Below, piece after piece: positions 46,462-57,829 of a stretch of DNA of 64,000 nucleotides (its first letter is position 1; every line of letters starts with the position of its first letter). This stretch comes from Acidobacteriota bacterium (GTDB lineage Bacteria > Acidobacteriota > UBA4820 > DSQY01): NCBI GenBank assembly GCA_049967655.1, contig JBMFSH010000006.1, positions 32,001 to 96,000 of the forward strand, read 5' to 3'. The translations under genes and the position numbers were made by a program. The notes beneath the pieces were generated by a model. That model was given only the letters and a program-made list of their open reading frames with translations, ran no database searches and had not been told where the DNA came from.

Positions 46462-46819
46462 GTTGCCCCCTTCTCGAGATGAGACTTTTACCGGATGCTC
46501 TCGCCCCCTCCCCGCCCCCGTGAGATGGCCTAGAGTTCAGCATAGTGCAAGGCGCAGGCGCATTCAACACGGCTGGGGCCACGGCTGGGGCCGCTTCGGC
46601 CCATCCTCTTGTCGCGGGCGGCCTGACAGAAGCCGCAGCCAGCCATCCGAGCCTCTCAGCGCACGGGGCCGACCGATCGGCCCGGGCCGGACGGCCCGCT
46701 GGGCCATTTGGCTCATCCGGGACGCACCGCGGCGGATGGCTCTGTTCCACCGCCCTTCCGGGGGGGTGCTATAATGCCGCCTCGCGGACATCCGCCCGCG
46801 ATTCCTGAAGGAGCAGCTC

Positions 46820-47728
46820 ATGTCCATGCTTGCCGTGAGAAGGTCCGTGGCCAACGCCATCCCTGGCCGGCTGGTTCGGGTATTCGCCTCCCCCTACGTA
46901 TCCGGGGATTCGATGGAAAAGGGACTGCGCGCGGCCGACGAACTTCACCAAATGAAGGGGATCGACTCCACGATGGACGTGCTGGGCGAGGCCGAAAAGA
47001 CCGAGGCCAAGGTCCGACACGCCGTGGACCTCTACCTGAAGACTCTCGCCGCCCTGAAAGAGAGGCCCTACTGCACCATATCAGTGAAACCGGGCCATTT
47101 CGGTTATTACGTGAGTCCCGACCTCTGCCGCCGCAACATCGAAGAGATGGCCGCCGCCTGCCAGAAGGCGGGCCGTGGCCTGACCATCGACATGGAGGAT
47201 ACGGACCTCACCGACTTCACTCTCCAGCTCTACAGGGAGCTCAAGCCCAAGTACCCCATCCTGGGGACGGTCCTCCAAGCCCGCCTCTACCGCACCCTCG
47301 ACGACATCGACAGCCTCGATGGCCTGCAGGCCCATATCCGCGCCTGCATCGGCATCTACAACGTCCCCGAACCGCTGGCGACCCAAAATCGTCGGGAGAT
47401 GAAGGAAAACCTTCTTCGGGTGATCCGCAAGCTGTTCGAGCGCGGCCACTACGTCTGCATCGCCACCCACGACGTGGAGACCATCGGCAAGGCCAGGGGC
47501 ATCATCGCCGAGATGAAGATCCCCAGGGAGCGGTACGAATTCCAGATGCTCCTCGGCGTACCGCGGGAAAAGGTCCAGCGCCAGCTCGTGGCCGACGGAG
47601 AAAAGGTACGACTCTACGTTCCCTTCGCGGTGGACTGGGACGACGCCATCGCCTATCTCAGGCGGCGCATGGTGGAAAGCCCCTCCATGACCGCCCTGGT
47701 TCTGAAAAATATCGTCAAGCGGGGCTGA
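46820..47728 (+). CDS. Monofunctional proline dehydrogenase
   Basis: DVLGE, IDMED, LQARL.RT, IATHD, FQMLLGV and YVPF..YLRRRMVE motifs. Confidence 0.9.
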   Translation: MSMLAVRRSVANAIPGRLVRVFASPYVSGDSMEKGLRAADELHQMKGIDSTMDVLGEAEKTEAKVRHAVDLYLKTLAALKERPYCTISVKPGHFGYYVSPDLCRRNIEEMAAACQKAGRGLTIDMEDTDLTDFTLQLYRELKPKYPILGTVLQARLYRTLDDIDSLDGLQAHIRACIGIYNVPEPLATQNRREMKENLLRVIRKLFERGHYVCIATHDVETIGKARGIIAEMKIPRERYEFQMLLGVPREKVQRQLVADGEKVRLYVPFAVDWDDAIAYLRRRMVESPSMTALVLKNIVKRG

Positions 47729-48139
47729 GGGGATCTCCGCCGGTGAGCCCCCGTCGGACTCTCGCGCGGCCGTGGGTTGCCCGTTCGCCCTTGGGGGCGA
47801 GGGCCCTGGGCCGACACTTGACCTTTGAGCAACAGGGACCTATCTTCTGGACAGATGAAGCGTTGGTGACCGATCGCGGGGAAGACGGGCTCTGCCCGCC
47901 GGACCTCGTGGAGAGCATAGAGACGAGCGGGACGGGTGAGGTTCGGTGAGGAAAGGCCCGCATCGTTCGTTGACCCTTCCTTACATCCATTTCCCCTCTT
48001 CACTCTAAGGGCCCGATCGGGCCCGCTTCTTTTAGCGGGTGGCGGTTCCGGCGTGATAGACTTCACTCGTGCGGGGGCGGCATCCGCACACCCTATGGGC
48101 ACGGGCGCACGAAGCGCCCTCCACGAAAGGAGTCCAGCC

Positions 48140-49342
48140 ATGGCCCACGACCTCGCCCCCAAAGAGATCATCGCCGAGAAACTCAATCAGGCGGCGCGGA
48201 AGCTAAAGGAGCAAGCCATTGACCTGTGGGTGACCTTCGTCCAGGAGACGAGCGCCGGGGTGGAGCGGGTCTTCTCCTACGTTTCTCCAAGCCACCTGAC
48301 CTGGGAGAGCGTGATCGCCGTGACCCCCGCTGGCGAACGGTTCGTCATCTGCGGCAAGTTCGACCAACAGGACTTCGAGGAGTCCGGCCTCTTCACCGAG
48401 GTCTACACCTACGTGGAGGATTTCAAGGAGCCCTTCGGGCGCCTTCTCCAGCGGGTGAGGCCCGGCAAGGTCGCCCTCAACTTCTCGTTCAACGACCCCA
48501 CGGCGGACGGCATCACCCACGGCAAGTTCGTCTTTCTTCACGGACTCCTCAAGAAAATGGTTCCCACCGCGGAGGTTGTCTCGGCCGAGGCGGTGGTCCT
48601 CTCGCTCATCTCCAGCAAGAGCCCCATCGAGCGCTCCGCCATCCAAGAGGGAGTGGATCTCACCGTTAAGATCTTTGAAGAGATCGACGCTTTCCTCAGA
48701 CCCGGCCTCACGGAGAAAGAGATCTACGGCTTCATCCAGGAGCGTTTCGCCGCCCATGGAGTCACCCCGAGCTTCCAGACCCTCGTCTTCGCGGGCGACC
48801 GCGGGGCTGGATCGGGCCACGGAAGCGCCACGGAGAACGCGGTGCAGCCGGGCGACCTGGTGCACGTGGACATGGGCGTCTTCGTCCGGGGCTACGCCTC
48901 CGACATGCAGCGCACCTGGTATGTCCTGAAGGCGGGCGAAGACCGCGCGCCCGAGCCCGCTCAGAAGGGATTTGACACCATCGTCCGCTCCATCGAGGCC
49001 TCGGGTAAGGCCCTCAAGCCGGGCGGCCAGGGCATCGAGCTCGACACCATCGCCCGAAAAGTGATCACCGATGCCGGCTATCCCGCGTATCCCCACGCCC
49101 TGGGCCACCAGATCGGCCGCCACGTCCACGACGGCGGAGCGCTCCTGGGCCCGGCCTGGGCCCGCTACCGGAACACCCCCTTCCTGGTTTTAGAGGAGGG
49201 GCAGATCTTCACCCTGGAACCCTCGTTAACCGTTCCAGGCTTTGGAGCGGTGGGTATCGAGGAGGACGTGATCGTCACGCCGGAGGGTGCCCGCTACATG
49301 GCACCGCCCCAGCGCACACTCTGGCTCGTGAGAGGGAAGTAA
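48140..49342 (+). CDS. Xaa-Pro aminopeptidase (M24B)
   Basis: DMG..YASD.QRT, HALGHQIG..HD, TLEP and GIEED motifs. Confidence 0.9.
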   Translation: MAHDLAPKEIIAEKLNQAARKLKEQAIDLWVTFVQETSAGVERVFSYVSPSHLTWESVIAVTPAGERFVICGKFDQQDFEESGLFTEVYTYVEDFKEPFGRLLQRVRPGKVALNFSFNDPTADGITHGKFVFLHGLLKKMVPTAEVVSAEAVVLSLISSKSPIERSAIQEGVDLTVKIFEEIDAFLRPGLTEKEIYGFIQERFAAHGVTPSFQTLVFAGDRGAGSGHGSATENAVQPGDLVHVDMGVFVRGYASDMQRTWYVLKAGEDRAPEPAQKGFDTIVRSIEASGKALKPGGQGIELDTIARKVITDAGYPAYPHALGHQIGRHVHDGGALLGPAWARYRNTPFLVLEEGQIFTLEPSLTVPGFGAVGIEEDVIVTPEGARYMAPPQRTLWLVRGK

Positions 49343-49400
49343 CTTTCTGCCGGACTGGAGCGGCCAAGCCAGTTGCCCTGTACCCGAGGAGGACCCCGCC

Positions 49401-49937
49401 ATGAGGCCGAGAGCTACCCTTCTGATGGCCGCCGCCCTCTCATCGCTGCTGTTGGCGGCCTGCGGCCCCAGCAAGGAGGAGGTGGCCGCGCGCGAGGCCG
49501 CCCGAAAGGCGGCGGACCTGGCCGCCTTTCAGGCGCGCATCAAAGCCATGGAGGAGGCCTCCAAGCCTCCCGTCCTCACGGCCCGAGACGCCGTGGTCAA
49601 AGGCCCCGAGGGGCTTCAGTACGTGGAGATGAAGGTGGGGACGGGCAGGGAGGCCGCGGACGGATGCACCGTCACGGTCGATTTCATCGGCTGGGTGGAC
49701 GGCGTCAAGATCGACAGCTCCTCGGACAGGGGCAAACCCTTCTCCTTCGTGCTCGGCTCTAGCACCGTTATCCCGGGGTGGAACGTCGGCATTCTGGGCA
49801 TGCGAGAGGGGGGTACCCGCCTCCTGATCATCCCACCCGGGCTGGCCTACGGGAGGCAGGGCAAACCGGGATTCGTGGGACCCGACAAGACACTTTGGTA
49901 CCGGATCGAACTGCGGAAGGTCTACCCGCCGCTGTGA
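49401..49937 (+). CDS. FKBP-type PPIase lipoprotein
   Basis: Lipobox LAAC; DSS.DRG.PF, VIPGW and IIPP.LAYG motifs. Confidence 0.9.
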   Translation: MRPRATLLMAAALSSLLLAACGPSKEEVAAREAARKAADLAAFQARIKAMEEASKPPVLTARDAVVKGPEGLQYVEMKVGTGREAADGCTVTVDFIGWVDGVKIDSSSDRGKPFSFVLGSSTVIPGWNVGILGMREGGTRLLIIPPGLAYGRQGKPGFVGPDKTLWYRIELRKVYPPL

Positions 49938-50063
49938 GCCCTCCTGCAATAGGGCATCGGCGGGTGGCGTTCTTACGGGTGTGTTGAATCGAGTCGGCGG
50001 ACCAGTCGAGGCGTGGGGCAATGGAACCAGCACCGGGCGGGGTGCCTTTTCTGGGAGGGTCAC

Positions 50064-50504
50064 ATGGACACCGTCAAGCGGATCTTAGAAGAGAAGGGTG
50101 CGGAGGTTTTTTCCGTCTCCCCGGAGACCACGGTCATGGATGCCGCCCGTCTGATGTCGGAGCACCGCATCGGCGCCGTGCTGGTCATGGCCTCGGGCCA
50201 CGTCCGCGGGATCTTCAGCGAAAGGGACCTCTTGCAGAGGGTTCTCCTGAGGGGCAGCAATTCCGAGTCCCTGCCCGTGAGCGAGGTGATGTCCACGGAC
50301 ATGGTGTATGTGACGCCCGACACACCGGTGCGCGAGGCCATGGCCGTCATGACCGAGCGCCGCTGCCGTCACCTTCCCGTGATGGATGAGGGGCGCCTCT
50401 GCGGCATGATCTCCATCGGGGACTGTACCCGCTGGGTCTCACGCGACCAGGACTTCACCATCCGTCACCTGACCGACTACATCGCCAACAAGTATCCGGG
50501 GTAG
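50064..50504 (+). CDS. CBS-domain protein
   Basis: GIFSERD, RHLPV and GMISIGD motifs. Confidence 0.9.
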   Translation: MDTVKRILEEKGAEVFSVSPETTVMDAARLMSEHRIGAVLVMASGHVRGIFSERDLLQRVLLRGSNSESLPVSEVMSTDMVYVTPDTPVREAMAVMTERRCRHLPVMDEGRLCGMISIGDCTRWVSRDQDFTIRHLTDYIANKYPG

Positions 50505-50640
50505 GGTGGAAGTGAGGAAGTGAGGAAGTGAGGAGGGAGAGACACCGGAGGGCCGGCCACCGCCCCTGAGATTGGGTTCCTCCGCTCTTCTTCCGCGTAT
50601 CGCTTTCCTGTCTCCCCGTCCCTCTGTTTCCAGCTTTTCC

Positions 50641-50870
50641 CTATCCCTTCAGCACCGTCAGCGACCGTGTCTTGGCCGCCACCTTGGCAAGGCCTGAGGC
50701 CCACCGCCTCCATGAGGGCCTCAATGTCCTTGTGGGCCTATGGGCCTCCTCCTTGATCGTGTGAGGGTTCTCGGAGACAAGGGTGATGCCCTCCATGGCC
50801 CTCCGGAACTCGTCGTCGGAAATCTGGCTTCGCCTGAGAATCCTGCCGTTGCGGCGATTCGCTTTGCCGG
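50641..50870 (-). pseudogene. rtcB: C-terminal remnant of RtcB RNA ligase
   Basis: TIKEEA / frameshift AHKDIEALMEAV / frameshift GLAKVAAKTRSLTVLKG*. Confidence 0.7.
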
Positions 50871-50933
50871 CCGCCGTTGTCATCTCGAAAATCCCGTCCC
50901 CATAGGGACGGGAGGAAAAACGCTCTGCCCACC

Positions 50934-51956
50934 TCAGTAGCTGTGGGCGTCCAGTCTCACCTTGCCCCTAAAAACCCAGTAGATGCTCGCGGTATAGGCA
51001 AGAACCAGGGGCACTCCGATGCAGGCGATGATGAGCATAATCCCGAGCGTCTTCTGGGAGGAGGCCGCGTTGTAAAGCGTCAGGCTGTTGGCGGGGTTGG
51101 GGTTGGAGAAGACGATGTTCGGGAAGAGACCCACGCCGAAGAGCGCCATGAGGGCCGCCATGGAGGCGCAGGAGGAGAGGAAGGCCCGCAGGTCCCGGCC
51201 GTGGTAGATCTCACGGGGGATGTTGGCGATGGCCAGAATGTTGAGAACGGGCAGCAGGAAGAAGATGGGGTGGGTCTTGATGGTCTCGGTCATGTGGGGC
51301 ACGTAGAGCAGCGTCGTGAAGGTCGTGAGGGCGTAGCAGATAATGAAGAAGATGATCGCGTTGTTCACCCAGCCGCGCACCTTGTTGTGCATGGCCCCCT
51401 CCGTCTTCAGGACCATGTAGATCGAGCCGTGCATCGTGAAGAGGGCGAGGGTCGTCACGCCCACGAGCAGAGGATAGGGGCGGAGCAGCCCGAGAAAGGT
51501 GCCCGCGAATTCATAGTGGGCGTCCAGCGGCACGCCCCAGGCGATGTTGCCCAGGGCAGCGCCGAGCAGGAGGCTCGACAGAATGCTGGATACCGAAAAG
51601 CTGACGTCCCACATCTGGCGCCACCAGGCGTGCTCCTGCTTGCTCCGGAACTCGATGGCCACGGCCCTGAAGATCAGCCCCACCAGGAGGAGCACCAGCG
51701 CGAGATAGAAGCCCGAGAAGACGGTGGCATATACCATGGGGAAGGCCGCGAAGAGGGCGCCGCCGCCCGTGACCAGCCAGACCTCGTTGCCGTCCCAGAC
51801 GGGGCCGATGGCGTTGATCATGGTGCGGCGCTCCTCGTCCGTGTGGGTCAGGAGGTGGAGAGCGCCCACCCCGAGATCGAATCCGTCCAGCACGGCGTAG
51901 CCCGTGAGCAGGACCCCCACCAGCAGAAACCAGATCACGTTCAGGTCGATGTTCAT
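50934..51956 (-). CDS. cydB: Cytochrome bd oxidase subunit II
   Basis: LDGFDLGVG and GPVWDGNEVWL motifs. Confidence 0.96.
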   Translation of the reverse strand: MNIDLNVIWFLLVGVLLTGYAVLDGFDLGVGALHLLTHTDEERRTMINAIGPVWDGNEVWLVTGGGALFAAFPMVYATVFSGFYLALVLLLVGLIFRAVAIEFRSKQEHAWWRQMWDVSFSVSSILSSLLLGAALGNIAWGVPLDAHYEFAGTFLGLLRPYPLLVGVTTLALFTMHGSIYMVLKTEGAMHNKVRGWVNNAIIFFIICYALTTFTTLLYVPHMTETIKTHPIFFLLPVLNILAIANIPREIYHGRDLRAFLSSCASMAALMALFGVGLFPNIVFSNPNPANSLTLYNAASSQKTLGIMLIIACIGVPLVLAYTASIYWVFRGKVRLDAHSY

Positions 51957-53305
51957 GCCCTGTGTCCCTCCCCGATCACGTCCGCGTCCACCGGACCTGC
52001 CTTGATCTTATGATCCAGAAGATAGATGAACAGCGCGAAGAGCAGGATGTAAACGAAGGTGAAGAGGATGAGGGAGGTCAGCGTCTCCCCCGCCGTCACC
52101 ACGGGCGACAGTGCATCCTTCGTCCGGAGCAGCCCGTAGACGATCCACGGCTGGCGCCCCACCTCAGCGGACACCCAGCCGAGCTGGTTCGCCAGTTCAG
52201 GGAGCACCACGGCCACCACCAGGATCTTGAGGAACCACCCCTTCTCGAAGAGGGTCTTTCGCCACCAGAAAAAGACGCCGAGCGCGCTGATGAGGATGAG
52301 CGCCATGCCGATGCCCACCATGGCGTGGTAGGTCTGGAAGACGATGTTGACGGGAGGGCGGTCCTCCGGCTTGAAGGCGTCGAGCCCCGTCACCGGTTTG
52401 CTGGCGTCGCCGTAGACCAGCCAGCTCAACATGCCGGGCAGGGCCACCGAGAAGTCCACCTTCTGGCCCGATTCATTGACCCAGCCGAAGAGGCTGAGGG
52501 GCGCGCGGGGTTCGGCGGCCGGGAAGATCCCCTCGTAGGCCGCCAGCTTGGCGGGCTGGTAGTGGGCCACCAGCCTCGCGCTCGTGTCGCCCGTGACGAG
52601 CTGGAGGAGGGAGGCGACCAGCGCGATCACCAGGGCGATTTTCATGGAGGCCTTGGCCAAGTCCATATGGCGCTTCTTCAACAGGTAGAAGGCGCTCACG
52701 CTGATGACGAGGAAGGCGCCCGTCTGAAAGGCCGCCACGAGCACGTGGCTCAAGCGGTCCACGGTGGAGGGGTTGAAGACGACCTGCCAGAAATCGGTCA
52801 CCTCCGCCCGCGTCCCGGCGGCCGTCTGGACGATGTGGAATCCCGCCGGCGTCTGCTGCCAGGAGTTGGCTACGATGATCCAGAGGGCGCTGAAGATGGA
52901 GCCGAGCGACACCATGACGGTGGAGAAGAAGTGCATCTTCGGACTCACCCGATCCCATCCGAAGAGCAGGATCGCCAGGAATCCCGATTCCAGGAAGAAG
53001 GCGAAGATTCCCTCCGCCGCCAGGGCGCTACCGAAGACGTCGCCCACGTACCGGGAGTAGGCGGCCCAGTTCGTGCCGAACTGAAACTCCATCACGATGC
53101 CGGAGGCCACGCCGATGGCGAAGATCAGGCCGAAGACGCGGACCCAGAAGCGGGTCATCGCGTGGTAGACCGGACGGCGCGTCTTCAGGTACATCCCCTC
53201 CATGACCACCAGGATCAGCCCCAGGCCGATGGTGAGCGGAGGGAAGATGTAATGGAACGCGATCGTCCAAGCGAATTGGAGTCGTCCCAGGGTCAAGACA
53301 TCCAT
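51953..53305 (-). CDS. cydA: Cytochrome bd oxidase subunit I
   Basis: [25 protein letters not shown] and EVGRQPW motifs. Confidence 0.96.
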   Translation of the reverse strand: MDVLTLGRLQFAWTIAFHYIFPPLTIGLGLILVVMEGMYLKTRRPVYHAMTRFWVRVFGLIFAIGVASGIVMEFQFGTNWAAYSRYVGDVFGSALAAEGIFAFFLESGFLAILLFGWDRVSPKMHFFSTVMVSLGSIFSALWIIVANSWQQTPAGFHIVQTAAGTRAEVTDFWQVVFNPSTVDRLSHVLVAAFQTGAFLVISVSAFYLLKKRHMDLAKASMKIALVIALVASLLQLVTGDTSARLVAHYQPAKLAAYEGIFPAAEPRAPLSLFGWVNESGQKVDFSVALPGMLSWLVYGDASKPVTGLDAFKPEDRPPVNIVFQTYHAMVGIGMALILISALGVFFWWRKTLFEKGWFLKILVVAVVLPELANQLGWVSAEVGRQPWIVYGLLRTKDALSPVVTAGETLTSLILFTFVYILLFALFIYLLDHKIKAGPVDADVIGEGHRA

Positions 53306-53314
53306 CCAGACCTC

Positions 53315-53824
53315 CTATGTGATCTTCTGACCTTTACCCGATCGGGCCGACCCGATCTTCTCCACGGGCTTTCGCCCACTCCTCATGGGGCCGTGCTCTC
53401 CGCCGCCTCGCTGATTTCGAATGCTGGCCGCAAGGGCATCGAACCGGACGCCGTCCAGGTACTGGGAGAGGTGTTGGGTGGCACCGGCCCAGGACGCTTG
53501 CACGGGGCAGAGTTCGGCCAGCGGGCATGCATTAGCCTGCGTCAGGCAGCTGTTCATGGCGATGGGACCTTCCATCGCCTCGATCACCTCCCCGAGCGAC
53601 ACCCGCGACGGCGGCCTGGCCAGCGTGACGCCGCCCTTGTTGCCCCGAACGGTGATGAGGATGCCCGCCGCCGAAAGCCGGCTCACGATGCGTCGGATGA
53701 AGGCGGGCGGGATGAGCCGGCTGGCGGCGATCTCGCGCGCCGTCACACGGGCACCCTCCTCCAGCGAGGCCAGGTGCAACACGATACGCGCCGCGTAGTC
53801 CGTCTGCCGACCGATGACGATCAT
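53315..53824 (-). CDS. Rrf2-family regulator (three-Cys Fe-S type)
   Basis: DYAAR..L, RG..GG..LAR and C...C...C motifs. Confidence 0.9.
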   Translation of the reverse strand: MIVIGRQTDYAARIVLHLASLEEGARVTAREIAASRLIPPAFIRRIVSRLSAAGILITVRGNKGGVTLARPPSRVSLGEVIEAMEGPIAMNSCLTQANACPLAELCPVQASWAGATQHLSQYLDGVRFDALAASIRNQRGGGEHGPMRSGRKPVEKIGSARSGKGQKIT

Positions 53825-53848
53825 GAATCCACCCTGGTGCGAGATAAT

Positions 53849-53877
53849 AATGTTACACCATGAGTCTCATTTGTCAA
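53849..53877 (-). promoter_or_regulatory. Promoter TTGACA-16-TAACAT with imperfect palindrome AATGAGAC-N7-GTAACATT (candidate Rrf2 operator)
   Basis: Read directly upstream of rrf2-cydAB. Confidence 0.5.
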
Positions 53878-54080
53878 GTCCCCCTTGGATGGAAGGTAGC
53901 GGTGGAAGGTAGCGGGAGGAGGATGGAAGGAAGATCGGGTGGCTGAAAGGGCCCGGATGGCTGCGGCGGTCGCCGGGCGCCAAAGGCCGGGGGTCGATGC
54001 GGGGCACGCCCCCCCATGCTTCCATGGTACACTCGCCTTCCCCCGGCCGAGGGCCGGAAGACGCGAATGGAGTCTATCTC

Positions 54081-54608
54081 ATGAATCTTCGTTTTCTCCT
54101 GTTCTCGCTTCTCCTCTTTTTGCCCGCCACCTCCATCCTGCTTTGCTCCGCCGTGATTTCGCAGGAGAGCCTCCCCCCGGCCATCCGAAGCGAGCTGGAT
54201 CAGGCCTACCCGGGGTGGCAGCCAGCGACGGTATCACCTGACGTGGAGGAGCTCTTCCAGGCCGTCCGGCCGCACGCGCAGCGCTGGCTGATTCAGGGAG
54301 ACTTCACCGGCGAAGGCCACCAGGATGTCGCGGTTCAAATTATCGTCCCCTTCGAGGGGCACGAGGTCCGCGTCGTATCAGCCTTTCTGCAACGCCCGGG
54401 TGGCTACAAACGGGTGGAGCTGGAACGGGGCCAAGTCAACCCCAATATCTACCTTTGGCTTCTGAAACGAGGCCATCGGGATGTGCAGGCGCACACGGGC
54501 CGGCTCTTCACCTTTCCCCGTGACGCCATCGGCGTGGAGAGCACGGGGCCAAGCGTGGCCTATCTCTTCGAGAAGGGCTCTTTCAAGAGGATATGGCTCG
54601 GCATCTGA
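54081..54608 (+). CDS. Secreted hypothetical protein with an FG-GAP-like motif
   Basis: Signal peptide; GDFTGEGHQDVAV motif. Confidence 0.65.
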   Translation: MNLRFLLFSLLLFLPATSILLCSAVISQESLPPAIRSELDQAYPGWQPATVSPDVEELFQAVRPHAQRWLIQGDFTGEGHQDVAVQIIVPFEGHEVRVVSAFLQRPGGYKRVELERGQVNPNIYLWLLKRGHRDVQAHTGRLFTFPRDAIGVESTGPSVAYLFEKGSFKRIWLGI

Positions 54609-54659
54609 GGGGCTGTGCGCTTCGGATTCAGGCGCTACAGATGCCGCGGGCCAAGCGCC

Positions 54660-56912
54660 CTACTTTCCCGCCGCCGTCTCCCGCGGCACGATTTCCGAGA
54701 AATCCGCCACCCGGTCGAAGAGGGCCACGAGCCGCTGGAGGAGCGCCAGCCGGTTCCGCTGGAGGGCGCTCTTCGCGGGGTCTTTCCCCTCGGGATCGCA
54801 CATCACCAGCACATCGTCGAAGAAGCGGTCCACCGCGGGGCGAAGCCTGGCCAATTCGAGAAGGCCCCCTCCGTAGAGCGAGATCGCAAATCGCTCTTCA
54901 GCCCCATCTTTAACGGCCTCATAGGCCGAGAAGAGCGCCCGCTCGGCGGCCCCCTCCTTGTCCGATTCGGGGAGAAAAAGACGCGGGTCCAAAGGAGACT
55001 CCGGCATCCCCCTAAGAATATTCTTGGCCCGCTTGAAGGCCACGGCGAGGTGGTCGAAATCTTCCGGGGCACCGTTGCGTACTCCGTGGAACTGCTTCAA
55101 CTTCAGATCGAGCAGCCAGGGGTCGAAGCGATCGCGAGTACCGGCGGCCAACACGGCGTTGATTTCGTCGTAGGGGAAGCCTGAACCCCGGCCTCCCGCC
55201 AAGGCGCGCAGCGCCGCTTGGTGGGCGGAGTGGTCCAGGACCGATGGTGGCTCTTCGAGCACGTCTACCCTTCTTCCCTGCTCCCACAGGAAGCGCAGGC
55301 GTCCTTCTAGGAACTCCATGAGCCCGTCTGGAATGGGACCGAGAGAGGCAAGGAGCGCCCGGAGATCGAAGGAGACGGAATCAGGATGATCCACGAGGAT
55401 GCGCATCACACCCATGCCCGCTCGGCGCAGGGCGAAGGGATCTTTGGAACCTGTGGGAGCCTGGCCGATCCTGAACATCTCGACCAGGCTGTCCAGCTTG
55501 TCCGCGAGCGCCACGCAGGCGCCGACCGCCCCCCGCGGAAGGTCATCCTCCATAAAGAGGGGCCGGTAGTGGTCATAGATGGCATCGGCCACCGTCTGGG
55601 GGCGCCCCTGCGCCGCCGCATAGATACCGCCCGCGACGCCCTGGAGGCTCGTGAACTCCTTTTCCTGGACCAGCAGGGAGGCCAGGTCGCACTTGCAGTG
55701 TTTGGCGGCCCAGGCCGCCTCCTCGGCGTTCGCGCCGAAAAGGGCCGCAAGCCTGCGGGCCAGGGATTCCATCCGTAGCGCCTTATCGTAGTAGCTGCCT
55801 AGCTGGGGATGAAAGACGATCCCCTTCAGCGCCTCCAGCCTCTCCTCCAGCGGCACCTTGAGGTCCTGCTCGTAGAAGAAGCGGGCGTCCGAGAGGCGCG
55901 AGCGGGAGACGTTTTCCAGGCCCCTCCGGATGAAGCCCTTGGGATCGTCGGGGCCGTCCATGACGGATAGGAAATGCGGCGACACTGCATCTCCGGCCCC
56001 GCGCACCACGAAGAAGTTCTGGTGCTCCCGGAGGCAGGTCACCAAGATCTCCGAGGGAAGGGCAAGATACTCGGGTGGTATGCCGCCCGCGAGAACGGTG
56101 GGGAACTCGCACAGGTAGACCAGCTTCTGCAGGAGCTCGGGGTCGCCGTGCACGTGGCCGCCGAGGGCGGAGGCGTGCCGGCTAAGCTCCTCCTCGATCT
56201 TCCGTTTTCGGTCGGCCGGATCGGCCAGGACGCGCTCCCCCCGAAGCGCCTGAAAGTAAGCCTGGGCCGACGGGATCTCGACCTCCGCCGCCCCGTGAAT
56301 TCGGTGGCCGCGGCTCGTTCGCCCGGACGTCACGCCCTTGATGGAGAGGGGCACGACCTGGTCATCGAGGAGCGCCGCGACCCAGCGGACGGGCCGCACG
56401 AAGGTCTGGCTCCCGCTCCCCCAGCGCATGGCCTTGGCGAGGTGGAGGGCATCCACCGCACCTGGGACGACCTCGGCGAGGAGCTCCTCGGTGGGCCTGC
56501 CCTTGACCGTGCGCTCGAAGCCCACGCAGAGTCCCTTGGGGCCCTGGACCTCCCGGCAGTCGGCCAGATCCACGCCCTGCTTGCGGGCGAAGCCCTCGGC
56601 GGCCTTAGTCCACTTCCCGCCGGCATCCCGCGCCACGGCCATGGCTGGGCCCACCACCGTCTCCCGCCGGTCGGGCTGGCGGACGGGCAGGCCCGGAAGA
56701 AGGAAGCCGATGCGGCGCGGCGCGGCGATCATCCTGCCGCCCGCTAGGCGCTCGAAGGGATTGCGACCCGGGTCCGCGACGAGATCGCCGCCCGTCCAGA
56801 GACTCGAAGCCCCGAGCGCTTCTATGACGCGGCCGGCCAGGCTCCAGGCCAGCTCGCGGATCATCCCCGCGGGGATCTCCTCGGTGCCGATCTCCAGAAG
56901 GAAGTCAGCCAC
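54660..56912 (-). CDS. glyS: Glycyl-tRNA synthetase beta subunit
   Basis: [34 protein letters not shown] and FFDDV.V motifs. Confidence 0.95.
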   Translation of the reverse strand: MADFLLEIGTEEIPAGMIRELAWSLAGRVIEALGASSLWTGGDLVADPGRNPFERLAGGRMIAAPRRIGFLLPGLPVRQPDRRETVVGPAMAVARDAGGKWTKAAEGFARKQGVDLADCREVQGPKGLCVGFERTVKGRPTEELLAEVVPGAVDALHLAKAMRWGSGSQTFVRPVRWVAALLDDQVVPLSIKGVTSGRTSRGHRIHGAAEVEIPSAQAYFQALRGERVLADPADRKRKIEEELSRHASALGGHVHGDPELLQKLVYLCEFPTVLAGGIPPEYLALPSEILVTCLREHQNFFVVRGAGDAVSPHFLSVMDGPDDPKGFIRRGLENVSRSRLSDARFFYEQDLKVPLEERLEALKGIVFHPQLGSYYDKALRMESLARRLAALFGANAEEAAWAAKHCKCDLASLLVQEKEFTSLQGVAGGIYAAAQGRPQTVADAIYDHYRPLFMEDDLPRGAVGACVALADKLDSLVEMFRIGQAPTGSKDPFALRRAGMGVMRILVDHPDSVSFDLRALLASLGPIPDGLMEFLEGRLRFLWEQGRRVDVLEEPPSVLDHSAHQAALRALAGGRGSGFPYDEINAVLAAGTRDRFDPWLLDLKLKQFHGVRNGAPEDFDHLAVAFKRAKNILRGMPESPLDPRLFLPESDKEGAAERALFSAYEAVKDGAEERFAISLYGGGLLELARLRPAVDRFFDDVLVMCDPEGKDPAKSALQRNRLALLQRLVALFDRVADFSEIVPRETAAGK

Positions 56913-57774
56913 GGGCCACCTCCTGTGCGGGCTCGAACTGCTTCACGTAGGCCGCGGCGCAGGCGCAGGCCAGGCGGCGCACCCGCTTGATGTAGTCGGC
57001 GCGGGCCGCCACCGAGATGGCCCCCCGCGCGTCCAGGATGTTGAAGGCATGGCTCGCCTTCAAGCAGAAGTCATAGGCTGGGAGGTAGAGCGCCTTCTCT
57101 ACCAGGCGCCGGCTCTCGGCCTCGTACTGCTCGAACCAAGCGGCCGTCAGGTCGGTCCTGGCCTCCTCGAAGTCGTAGACGGAGAACTGGCGCTCCGCCT
57201 CCCTCCGCATGTCCCCATAGCTGAAATGCTCGTTCCACGGGATGTCGTAGACGTTCCCGATGCCGTTGAGGAACATGCAGAGCCGCTCGATGCCGTAGGT
57301 GATCTCCACCGTGATGGGCTTGAGCTCGAAGCCTCCCGCCTGCTGGAAGTAGGTGAACTGGGTGATTTCCGTGCCGTCCAGCATGACCTGCCAGCCCACG
57401 CCCCAGGCGCCGAGCGTGGGGGCCTCCCAGTTGTCCTCCTCGAACTTCAGGTCGTGCTCTCTCAGCACGATGCCGAAGGACTCCAAGCTCCGCAGGTAGC
57501 GCTCCTGGATGTCGTCGGGGCTGGGCTTCATGATGACCTGGAACTGGTGGTGCTTCTCCACGCGCTGGGGATTCTCGCCGTAGCGCCCGTCCCGCGGCCG
57601 ACGGCACGGCTCCACGTAGGCGCTCGCGTAGGGCTGCGGCCCCAGCACGCGGAGGAAGGTCTCGGGGTTCATGGTCCCGGCCCCCTTCTCCAGGTCGTAC
57701 GGCTCGGCGATGAGGCAGCCCTCACCGGCCCAGAAGTGCTTCATCCTCTCGATGAGTTCCTGCATGCTGACCAT
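56905..57774 (-). CDS. glyQ: Glycyl-tRNA synthetase alpha subunit
   Basis: [28 protein letters not shown] and TYGIERL motifs. Confidence 0.96.
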   Translation of the reverse strand: MVSMQELIERMKHFWAGEGCLIAEPYDLEKGAGTMNPETFLRVLGPQPYASAYVEPCRRPRDGRYGENPQRVEKHHQFQVIMKPSPDDIQERYLRSLESFGIVLREHDLKFEEDNWEAPTLGAWGVGWQVMLDGTEITQFTYFQQAGGFELKPITVEITYGIERLCMFLNGIGNVYDIPWNEHFSYGDMRREAERQFSVYDFEEARTDLTAAWFEQYEAESRRLVEKALYLPAYDFCLKASHAFNILDARGAISVAARADYIKRVRRLACACAAAYVKQFEPAQEVARG

Positions 57775-57829
57775 GGTCGTCTCCGCTTCCTTCCCGCGGT
57801 CCTGTCCCGTGGATCCCGCCGGCCAAGGC

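Noticed and set aside
47730..47949. Possible M24 peptidase C-terminal remnant (DEALVTDRG..LCPP)
   Set aside because: Similarity too weak to support without a search.
50508..50534. GGAAGTGA x3 octamer repeat; also GGAAGGTAGCGG x2 near 53891
   Set aside because: Short low-complexity intergenic repeats with no supportable function.
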